Shown piece by piece: positions 20,005-27,387 of a stretch of DNA of 64,000 bases. Position 1 is the stretch's first letter. The number at the start of each line of letters is the position of its first letter. A model generated the notes under the pieces. That model was given only the letters and a program-made list of their open reading frames with translations, had not been told where the DNA came from and did no database searches. Source of the DNA: Gemmatimonadota bacterium (GTDB taxonomy: Bacteria; Gemmatimonadota; Gemmatimonadetes; Gemmatimonadales; Gemmatimonadaceae); contig JAZJZK010000030.1 in the NCBI GenBank assembly GCA_040389905.1, forward strand, positions 22,085 through 86,084. Reading direction: 5' to 3'. The position numbers were made by a program, and so were the translations under genes.

Positions 20005-20049
20005 TTAACGGGTTACGGTGATCTTGCTGGTCCGAGGCTGACTAGACAA
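20005..20049 (-). other. Displaced copy of a 14-codon small ORF (MSSQPRTSKITVTR), now without RBS
   Basis: TTG...TAA, same length and register as 26217-26261. Confidence 0.55.
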
Positions 20050-20054
20050 TTGAT
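20039..20054. repeat. att core, left
   Basis: TGACTAGACAATTGAT, identical to 26251-26266. Confidence 0.88.
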
Positions 20055-20245
20055 GAAGTTCAAACTCATTCCATAATCATTACAAGAGGGAATAAGAGGG
20101 TTTAATATGATATGATTTTGGTTCTAAACCATTGTCAAACAATAACTTATTGCAATTCGAAGTAAACATTTTGTTGGGATACGGCAAGCTCTAGGAACAT
20201 TCTGAGGGATTCATGTACAGCAGATCGTACACGACAAAGTGTAAC

Positions 20246-20280
20246 TTGACAAATGTACATAAATGCTATATATTTAGCAC
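20246..20280 (+). promoter_or_regulatory. Sigma70-type promoter for the integrase (leaderless) with overlapping palindrome
   Basis: TTGACA-17 nt-TATATT-6 nt-ATG; TGCTA-N6-TAGCA brackets the -10. Confidence 0.7.
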
Positions 20281-21477
20281 ATGCCAAGAAAGAAGACACG
20301 TCACCACCGACCGAAGAACGGGGCAACGTTTTATGTAAACCGTCGATTTCCGCAATACGGCGTTCCACGGCTGTGCCGGTCAAGCGGCACAAACGACGAA
20401 AAGGTGTTTGACGACATCCAACGCCTGCTCGACCAACTCGGACAATTGGGAAGTCCGGAGGCAGCAAAGATCATCCAAGGGATTCACAAGAAGCGACTTA
20501 CCTTCGTCGATGCCCTTGGCGCGCACCAAGGTGAAGGCCGTCAGGGCATTATCAGGCTCGCTGAAGATGATGCTCCCATTGACGAGCGGTCCTTCCAAGC
20601 TTGGCTGGCAGTGCACGACGTAACCCAAAGCACTCGAACTTCATACAGGAACGCCTTCAAAGCGCTGGAAAAATTCGTGAAATCCGGCGACACGATGAAA
20701 TCGCTTCCCGCCGTGCTCGGGCGGTATCGGGATGACTGTGTGAAGCTCGGGAGGAACCGTAGGGCCTTCGACATCGCGCTCGCTGTCGCGCAGGCATGGG
20801 TCAAAAAAACAATCGGCCCGGCCTCAATGCCCTACCGCGACGTGCGGCTCGTCCAGCGGTTCAACGACAAGCCCGATGCCCGAAAGAGCAAGTACTTCAG
20901 CCCCCGTGACATCATGAATATTGCGCAGAGGCTCCCGGCACCGCTGGATGACGTCCTCTTCGCGACCGCATCTTATGGAACCAATCCGAAAGAGTATTTC
21001 AGCGACGGGTTCACGGTGACACCGGATGGCGTTGAAATTCATGGAGAGAAATCCAAGCACCGGAAGCGCATAGTTCCGCTCCTTCGAAATTTTCCGCCCG
21101 TAATACCGCCAGCATGGATCAATTATCGAAGATGGTGGCGGTATGTGACAATGGCATCAAATGGAGAGATGCTTCCTGACGATGCAAGGAAGTCATTTGC
21201 GCGCTGGATGTCAGAGGCGGGTATCCCCTTCAACCGCGCCGAACAATATCAAGGTCACGCTGAAACCACGCAGACGGCGACGTATTTCTATCACGTTGCG
21301 ACGGCGGGACAATTGAGAACAGATGGGCTGCTCCTCAACGATTGGATCAAAAAGAACCTTGAGCAGGAGCCCCCGAATCCAGCTGGGCGAGTCATAGCAA
21401 TTCGCCCGCGCGACGCAAAATACGAAAAGGGGATGCTGGTCCGGCCGCCGAAGCGAGCGTTGTGGCGGGAGGAATAG
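20281..21477 (+). CDS. Divergent tyrosine recombinase/integrase
   Basis: EKSKHRKRIVPL, DDARKSFARW, QGH, TATY; first catalytic Arg position reads YGTNPKE. Confidence 0.8.
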   Translation: MPRKKTRHHRPKNGATFYVNRRFPQYGVPRLCRSSGTNDEKVFDDIQRLLDQLGQLGSPEAAKIIQGIHKKRLTFVDALGAHQGEGRQGIIRLAEDDAPIDERSFQAWLAVHDVTQSTRTSYRNAFKALEKFVKSGDTMKSLPAVLGRYRDDCVKLGRNRRAFDIALAVAQAWVKKTIGPASMPYRDVRLVQRFNDKPDARKSKYFSPRDIMNIAQRLPAPLDDVLFATASYGTNPKEYFSDGFTVTPDGVEIHGEKSKHRKRIVPLLRNFPPVIPPAWINYRRWWRYVTMASNGEMLPDDARKSFARWMSEAGIPFNRAEQYQGHAETTQTATYFYHVATAGQLRTDGLLLNDWIKKNLEQEPPNPAGRVIAIRPRDAKYEKGMLVRPPKRALWREE

Positions 21478-21537
21478 GTGAAAGCCGAGCAACCCCTTTC
21501 ATCATTAATTCCACCTGAACTGTAGAGGCGACCACAA

Positions 21538-22014
21538 GTGCCGGAATTAAGTGTTTATCGCGGCGCAGTGTACTGGATGATTTCTGATTATGGATATCAA
21601 ACCTTGAACGAACCGGGCGACGCGGATAATGATATTCGCTTTCAATGCACCGCTAAGTCAGGGCGCTCCTATCGATCCCAATTTCTGCTATATCCAATCC
21701 AGCGCATTGCTAGAGTTGTCATTCATTTTGACCTGAGATATCACCCGAACCGAAGACTGTTCTTTGCGGAGGTAGTGCACCGTCTCAATGATTCCGTCGC
21801 TGTGCTCGGACATTTTGAATTTCACTGGGATTCCGGTCAGACGAGTTTCGTCTTTGGTGCCGAGGTGACGGACCCTGATCCCGAAACATTTGCGACGATG
21901 ATGAATCGCTGTGCTTACGCCATTGAGGTATGGGAGGCGGCGTCAGGATTCTTTAGCGGCAGACTCGGTGCGGACGGTGTCGTGTCCGTCGCTCAGATGT
22001 TGACAGAAGTCTAA
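21538..22014 (+). CDS. Hypothetical protein, YbjN/T3SS-chaperone-like fold
   Basis: 158-aa ORF; AEVVHRLNDSVAVLGHFEFHWDSG resembles YbjN-type domains. Confidence 0.5.
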   Translation: MPELSVYRGAVYWMISDYGYQTLNEPGDADNDIRFQCTAKSGRSYRSQFLLYPIQRIARVVIHFDLRYHPNRRLFFAEVVHRLNDSVAVLGHFEFHWDSGQTSFVFGAEVTDPDPETFATMMNRCAYAIEVWEAASGFFSGRLGADGVVSVAQMLTEV

Positions 22015-22105
22015 TGGGAATATCATATCATTTTGTTGCCGGAATCCCGAAAGCAGAAGGGATATTTTGGCGGTCGTATGCTTGGTCGGAATGCTGAATG
22101 ATCCT

Positions 22106-22345
22106 TCAGAGTTCCGGCAGGAAATACGCTATCGGTTTTCGGTACGCCACGGCCAAATCGCAAAGTTCCACAGGGTCAATTCGAATTTCTCCCTGTTCGA
22201 TCTTCGAAATGCGGCCTTGTGTAGTTCCGAGCCGTCCCGCGACCTGTACCTGAGTCAACCCAGCAGCCAAGCGGGCTTCACGGAGTTTGCGGAGCATCTC
22301 CCGGTATCGCGGATCGTGAATTGACCGGGGTTTTCGAGCGGGCAC
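22106..22345 (-). CDS. XRE-family HTH transcriptional regulator
   Basis: LREARLAAGLTQVQVAGRLGTTQGRISKIEQG. Confidence 0.92.
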   Translation of the reverse strand: MPARKPRSIHDPRYREMLRKLREARLAAGLTQVQVAGRLGTTQGRISKIEQGEIRIDPVELCDLAVAYRKPIAYFLPEL

Positions 22346-22459
22346 GGGCGGGTCGGTGAAGGACCCGCTGAAGATTTATTCCGTTTGCGAATACTCCGAA
22401 TAAGAATAATATTGCGGGCCGCTCGTGGTTCACTCCGCACCCCTCCAACACTCCACACA

Positions 22460-22732
22460 ATGCCACGCACCATCATCGCACTCGCCTTCACGATGGCAGC
22501 CTGTGCGAATTCATCTCGCCGAGAAGTTCAAGTTGACCAAATCACGGCGGCCTGCGAAACGAGGGAGCAGCTCAAGGCGTATCAAGGGTTCCACCGCATC
22601 AATGATGGCTGCGACTTCCTTGGGCTGAGTAGCGGCACAGTCACCGGGAAGCTTGCGGACCAAGGCGACACCTGGGCGAAGGTTGAGATAGGTGGTCGGA
22701 CTGTCTACGTAAGCCGAAGCGCAATTCACTAA
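22460..22732 (+). CDS. Small lipoprotein, possible SH3-like C-terminus
   Basis: [15 protein letters not shown] lipobox; [13 protein letters not shown]. Confidence 0.65.
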   Translation: MPRTIIALAFTMAACANSSRREVQVDQITAACETREQLKAYQGFHRINDGCDFLGLSSGTVTGKLADQGDTWAKVEIGGRTVYVSRSAIH

Positions 22733-23466
22733 CCCACAACCGGCAAGTTCTCATGAAGAAATGCCCATGGTGTGCGGAGGAAATACAAGATGCAGCAATC
22801 CTGTGTCGATATTGTGGGCAAAGTACACTTCCGCAGAATATGCCGCCGAGTCCCGCGACCACGGCAAGTACAACAACGGCTTCCGATCACCAACCTGCCC
22901 CGGAGTACCCAGCAGATCCAGATAGCGTGAAACGCCGGCTGGGAGAGTTCGGTGGATCAATCGCAGGGGAATGCCGTGCATGCACGTACAAGGGTCAGAT
23001 CGGAGTGGACACTACGAACATCGGACCCTTCGCCGGATTGGGCCTTCCTGTGTTTTTCTTTGCGTGGACGTCTCTTGGACTTTTCATGTCGCTATTCCTT
23101 GGAGCGTTGACATCCATCGTCATGATTCTGGTCAAAGGCACCAAGGTTGTAACGTGCCCTCAGTGTGATCGCGCCAGCACTGTCGCAGTACATGTTTCGC
23201 ACTATGCTATTCCAATAGACGCGTTAGCCCGTACGCCAAGTGCCAGATCATAGCTGGTCAGGGGCATTGTTGAACCAACCGATTGCCGGGAACCTTGCGG
23301 ACCAAGGCGACACTTGGGCGAAGGTTGAAATAGGTGGACGGACCGTGTACGTAAGCCGAAGCGCAATTCACTAACCCACGACCGGCAAGTTCTCATGAAG
23401 AAATGCCCGTGGTGTGCGGAGGAAATACAAGATGCAGCAATCCTGTGTCGATATTGTGGGCAAAGT
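22644..23466 (+). repeat. 181-bp imperfect direct repeat (22644-22824 and 23286-23466)
   Basis: Covers the lipoprotein 3' end, the spacer and the first 24 codons of both zinc-ribbon genes. Confidence 0.95.
22753..23253 (+). CDS. Zinc-ribbon (UPF0547-like) membrane protein, cassette 1
   Basis: [26 protein letters not shown] - TM hairpin - CPQC. Confidence 0.8.
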   Translation: MKKCPWCAEEIQDAAILCRYCGQSTLPQNMPPSPATTASTTTASDHQPAPEYPADPDSVKRRLGEFGGSIAGECRACTYKGQIGVDTTNIGPFAGLGLPVFFFAWTSLGLFMSLFLGALTSIVMILVKGTKVVTCPQCDRASTVAVHVSHYAIPIDALARTPSARS

Positions 23467-23811
23467 TCCCGACCGCAAGACATGCCATCCACGCATCCCT
23501 CGGTAGCGGCAGGGATGGCCACGGGCATACGCGATGCCACAGGCAAACTGAATTGGAACAAAGTAGCAGAGCAAATGACACGGTGTATCCATTGCCAGTC
23601 AATGGACACTGGGGTCAAGTACACCCTCTGGCATTGGCTCGTCGGAATCGGCTGGTTCCCGATCGGAACCGTATTCGCCATGTTGTTTCCAGCACGGCGC
23701 TGCAATGAATGCGGGAAGTGTTTCGGTCCAGCATACGAAGGAATGAAGACAGTGGTCACCCTTTCGCTGATTTGCCTATCCTTGCTCGCCATCTTCATAT
23801 TCGTCATTTGA
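23395..23811 (+). CDS. Zinc-ribbon (UPF0547-like) membrane protein, cassette 2
   Basis: Same N-terminus; CIHC - hydrophobic segment - CNEC; C-terminal TM. Confidence 0.8.
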   Translation: MKKCPWCAEEIQDAAILCRYCGQSSRPQDMPSTHPSVAAGMATGIRDATGKLNWNKVAEQMTRCIHCQSMDTGVKYTLWHWLVGIGWFPIGTVFAMLFPARRCNECGKCFGPAYEGMKTVVTLSLICLSLLAIFIFVI

Positions 23812-24002
23812 TGATATGAAGCGAGGCCCCAAGGCAGACGGTCTTTTTCTTAGTGGCCAAAGACGCTGGAGAAAGCCTCATGGTGCGCGCCGGATAAAAC
23901 AATATCGGAGCCATATTGTTATGCTGGACGCCTTCCGCCAACCACCGACAAATCCCGGCATCGCTCCTATTTATGGATTGACCCATAAATTGGAGAATTA
24001 TC

Positions 24003-24221
24003 ATGCAGGATCAATTACTTACGACAGCAGAAGTGTGCGAAATATTCCGTTGCAGCGAGCGTAGTGTTAACAGGATGGTGGCGGATGGAATTCTGAACCC
24101 TCTGCGTTTGCGGGGGCTGGTTCGTTTTCGGCAGTCGGAACTCGATGAATTGATTGAGGCGCTTGACTTGAACCCGGATGAATGTCAGTGCGATGGCCAG
24201 TGTGAATGCGTGAAAGAGTAG
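24003..24221 (+). CDS. Excisionase-like HTH (HTH_17/MerR-like) protein
   Basis: LLTTAEVCEIFRCSERSVNRMVADGIL...VRFRQSELD; GGAG RBS. Confidence 0.85.
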   Translation: MQDQLLTTAEVCEIFRCSERSVNRMVADGILNPLRLRGLVRFRQSELDELIEALDLNPDECQCDGQCECVKE

Positions 24222-24302
24222 TGCAGGTCACAGGCCCTTGATCCAACTAAAAACGTTCAACCGCTGTCTGCCACGTCGGTCTCTCATGCAGGTACAAAAG
24301 TG

Positions 24303-24343
24303 AAAAGCTCCCCATCCGGCTTTGCTGCCGGGGGGAGCCTTTT
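24303..24343. terminator. Bidirectional intrinsic terminator between xis and the polymerase gene
   Basis: AAAA-GCTCCCC..CCGGC loop GCCGG GGGGAGC-CTTTT. Confidence 0.75.
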
Positions 24344-24419
24344 GTATCACAAATAGCTTACCTGAACACTATAAAGGGTAACGGAAGAAGTTATGATATT
24401 GTTGGGCGCCCTTTCCACT

Positions 24420-25844
24420 TCATAGCTGTTCCCCCTTCAACCTCAATCCAATATCAAAGGCAAATGCCTGAATGGATGATTTACTGAGTGAGTGTTCAAG
24501 AAACGCTATATCAAACGGTTCTTTCGAGATCCATCCGTCATGCATTGGTACAAGAATATCTGAACGGTTGGCACAGCATATGTTCAACGCCCAAGCTTCG
24601 TATCCCAGCATGATGAAGGACAAGAGTCTCTTGCGGGGGTAATTCTTGCCGTCTGATTTCCGCAGGGGGTGAATCTTTCCGGCAGCGTTCCTGACATGGG
24701 TGAATCTCCTTCCCGTTCGAACCCTGTGGGCATTTATGAGTGTTTTCCTTGCTGACCGAATTTCGAGTTGAATCATGTGATAATACGGGTCGGCTAGGAT
24801 GCGCTCGGCTCCCAATTGTCCGGCAATGTCTACAAGCGTGGAGTATTTTCGATGTGAGGAACGACGGACTCCAAAGAAGGCTGCCAAGATTACTATTTTC
24901 ACCTTGTCCTTCGAAATCATCCATCTCCCGGAAAGCTCCTGCTGTCTTTCGGACAAGTGTGTGAGATAGTCACGAATGACGCACACGGGCCTGCCATAGT
25001 GTTTCCCAAGGCTGAAGAACAGTGATGGATGACATGCGTTGAAGTCATAGTTCCACCAGCCAGTATCTTTATACAGTTTCGCTCGTGCGCCCCGCTCCAT
25101 GCGTTGAAGGGAACATTCCCCGAGTCCCATGAGCCGCCCGGGGCCAGTGTGCGGCTCGCTCTCGGGTTTGAAGTCATGGTATAGGTTCGGGACGCCCCCC
25201 GCGACGCGAATCCATTGGCGGACCTTGTACAGCGAACGCAGCCCTTCCACGGACTGGTTCGACGCTCGCGATGCCTTCGCTGCGATTTCTGCCTCAAAAT
25301 CAGCAATCAGCGTGTCCACCCGCTGCGTGTCAAACGGAATCACGGATGGAACACTGAATTGAAAAAATGATGTCCGGAGAATGCCATCAGCGGGGAAGTG
25401 CTGTGCGCCCGATTCCCACGCAATGCTAGCGGTCTTGTCCCGCCAACAATCTGTAAGGAGTATCTCGACAGGGCGGCACAGAAAATATGCTTTTGTATAT
25501 CGCCCCTCCTCGTACCCGTCGTCCCCATCCGGGAAATGCCACAGATTCCGGAGATACTTCTTGTAGTCTGACTCGCTGCCCCCAAGATGTTTCCTCAACC
25601 TGCGTTCGATGAAGCTCGACCCACGGGCGATTTGCGGTCCAATATGGTGTGCTGCCAAAGCGGATGGGATTGGGTGCGTGTGCGGGCGGGAGAGGAAGTA
25701 CGACATGTTCAGATACTTCACGAGATGTCGCACTTTCCGATCTATTTCCCGCTGTCGCTTCATCTGGGCGCGTACGTGGGCCTCCACGAAAGCGTCAAGC
25801 TCGGGGAGTCGCAGTCGTGGTGCTGCTTCGAGAACAGTGGACAT
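24420..25844 (-). CDS. Stand-alone family-A-like polymerase (TV-Pol-like), no recognisable exonuclease domain
   Basis: GRLMG...SLQRM, motif A YDFNACHP, motif B KDKVKIVILAAFFG, motif C PMHDGW, in PolA order. Confidence 0.7.
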   Translation of the reverse strand: MSTVLEAAPRLRLPELDAFVEAHVRAQMKRQREIDRKVRHLVKYLNMSYFLSRPHTHPIPSALAAHHIGPQIARGSSFIERRLRKHLGGSESDYKKYLRNLWHFPDGDDGYEEGRYTKAYFLCRPVEILLTDCWRDKTASIAWESGAQHFPADGILRTSFFQFSVPSVIPFDTQRVDTLIADFEAEIAAKASRASNQSVEGLRSLYKVRQWIRVAGGVPNLYHDFKPESEPHTGPGRLMGLGECSLQRMERGARAKLYKDTGWWNYDFNACHPSLFFSLGKHYGRPVCVIRDYLTHLSERQQELSGRWMISKDKVKIVILAAFFGVRRSSHRKYSTLVDIAGQLGAERILADPYYHMIQLEIRSARKTLINAHRVRTGRRFTHVRNAAGKIHPLRKSDGKNYPRKRLLSFIMLGYEAWALNICCANRSDILVPMHDGWISKEPFDIAFLEHSLSKSSIQAFAFDIGLRLKGEQL

Positions 25845-25874
25845 AAAAAAACCTCATACGGTTAGGGTATGAGG
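25845..25874 (-). promoter_or_regulatory. Terminator/RBS-sequestering hairpin directly abutting the polymerase ATG
   Basis: Minus strand CCTCATAC-CCTAACC-GTATGAGG-TTTTTTT-ATG. Confidence 0.7.
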
Positions 25875-26216
25875 AGCCGTCGTACTGAATGTGCTTCGCT
25901 GATAGGGGTTACTCCCGATCGTTCCAGCCGCTCGCTACGTCGCCTCCAACATGGTTACCATTGCACAAAGCATCATTCGGGCAAAATCGTCAAGGGGTCT
26001 TCAATCCCGCCAATTCAAAACATGATTTTGAGCTTGAAGGGACGGATGCACCCCGACGAGCGGGAACTATCAATACTAGAAACGACGAGAGCGACAGCAG
26101 GCCCGATGCCAACTGTCGCTCTCTGTCATTGTGACGGTTTCCGGCCCTGTGCACAGGAATCCGTACATCAATGTTTCGGACTAGCTCAAGGCCAATCCTA
26201 CGTAAGCCGTTGAAAG

Positions 26217-26261
26217 TTATAAGCTTACGGTGACCCTGAAAAGCCGAAAATGACTAGACAA
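26217..26261 (-). CDS. 14-aa small ORF (MSSHFRLFRVTVSL) reconstituted across the right att site
   Basis: Perfect SD AAGGAGGTGATC (26264-26275) with AGGAGG 7 nt before TTG; homolog at 20005-20049. Confidence 0.55.
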   Translation of the reverse strand: MSSHFRLFRVTVSL

Positions 26262-26266
26262 TTGAT
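26251..26266. repeat. att core, right
   Basis: TGACTAGACAATTGAT. Confidence 0.88.
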
Positions 26267-26394
26267 CACCTCCTTCGTTTCGGGGTTGTACTTGAGGGCG
26301 AACGGAATCTCATACTCAAATTGAAACGTAGAGTTCCTTGGCGCAAGCGTCAGCGGAGAATTTCCGAGCGCGCCCAAGAGCTCAACTGGAGCAC

Positions 26395-27147
26395 ATGCCG
26401 AACAAATCGATCTCCGCGTTGAAAGCCGACGCCAGAAGCTATTGGACGCTCAGCCGCTCTCATCGCTACAGTCTGCTGTTTGCGTTGCCGCTGCTGCTCC
26501 TCTACGAGTTCCTCGAAGCCGTTGCACCCGTGCGAGAGCGCGGCGGCGTGGTGCGGAATGGCGCGGATGTCGTGCTCACGGGCTTGTCCACCTGGCTGAT
26601 CGGCCCGCGCGGACCCCTGGTCTTCATGGGGATCGTGATCGGCGTATCGCTCTGGCTCATTTATCGAGATCGCGGCGCGGGCCGCGTTCGCGTCAGCATG
26701 TTCGGTGCGATGTTTGGCGAATCGGTCGTGCTCGCGCTTGTCTTCGGGCTGGTCGTCGGCATGGTGACCGTCCAGGTCCTTGGTCCCTTGCGCGCGTTGG
26801 CGGCTGGCGGCGCGGTGCCCGGATCCTCTATCGCGCGACTCACGCTGTCGCTCGGCGCGGGGCTGTATGAGGAGCTGCTGTTTCGCGTCGTCATCGTGGC
26901 GCTGCTGGCTAATGCGTTCCGCTTGCTCGGCGCCGGGCGCCTCTCGGCCGGCATCGTGGCCACAGTCATCGGCGCGTTGCTCTTCTCGGCGTTTCACTAT
27001 ATCGGCGCACTGGGCGATCCGTTTACGCTCGAGTCGTTTGTGTTCCGCGCTATTGCCGGGCTGGCGTTTAGCGCACTGTATCTCACGCGTGGTTTCGGCA
27101 TTACCGCGTGGACGCACGCGCTCTATGACGTGGCGGTACTGATGTAG
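26395..27147 (+). CDS. CPBP (Abi/CAAX) family intramembrane glutamic endopeptidase
   Basis: EELLFR, FSAFH, HALYD; multiple TM segments. Confidence 0.9.
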   Translation: MPNKSISALKADARSYWTLSRSHRYSLLFALPLLLLYEFLEAVAPVRERGGVVRNGADVVLTGLSTWLIGPRGPLVFMGIVIGVSLWLIYRDRGAGRVRVSMFGAMFGESVVLALVFGLVVGMVTVQVLGPLRALAAGGAVPGSSIARLTLSLGAGLYEELLFRVVIVALLANAFRLLGAGRLSAGIVATVIGALLFSAFHYIGALGDPFTLESFVFRAIAGLAFSALYLTRGFGITAWTHALYDVAVLM

Positions 27148-27155
27148 GTCCCTTC

Positions 27156-27367
27156 AACAGACGTACGAGGTACCCTGAACCTGGTACCCGGATTGGCATC
27201 CAACCCAGAGGAGCCATCGACACGTTCGATGGCATCCTACGCTCCGCAGGGGCCAGCTTGGGCCGCGTGTGAGGCAAGACGTTCGTAGTGCGACACAGCC
27301 ATCTATGGCTCCTCTCGGCAAGCGGGCCAGTCCGGATACCAACGTCCTGGTACCTCGTACGTCAGTT
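27156..27367. repeat. About 210-bp rod-hairpin repeat, copy 2
   Basis: AACAGACGTACGAGGTACC ... GGTACCTCGTACGTCAGTT; arms homologous to 16135-16340. Confidence 0.85.
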
Positions 27368-27387
27368 GTATGGTTTCGGCGAGGGTT

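Larger units (their letters stand above)
20039..26266. mobile_element. 6.2-kb integrative element (Int, XRE, Xis, PolA-like polymerase, cargo)
   Basis: Exact direct repeat TGACTAGACAATTGAT at 20039-20054 and 26251-26266; lower GC; integrase next to one end. Confidence 0.9.

Noticed and set aside
19960..20060. tRNA/tmRNA as integration target
   Set aside because: No cloverleaf, TTCGA T-loop or CCA end at either junction.
22644..23466. DGR template/variable repeat pair
   Set aside because: Mismatches are not adenine-specific, are mostly synonymous, and no RT is present.
23816..24064. 82-aa ORF before xis
   Set aside because: Overlaps xis out of frame and runs through palindromic regulatory-looking DNA.
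24420..25844. Reverse transcriptase (retron/DGR/Abi) or family-B polymerase
   Set aside because: No YxDD or DTDS motif; motif order fits family A.
25869..26213. 114-aa plus-strand ORF in the element
   Set aside because: No RBS or recognisable motif; its start lies in the regulatory hairpin; treated as non-coding leader.
26264..26275. GATCACCTCCTT as the 3' end of a 16S rRNA gene
   Set aside because: No 16S sequence upstream; better read as a minus-strand Shine-Dalgarno.
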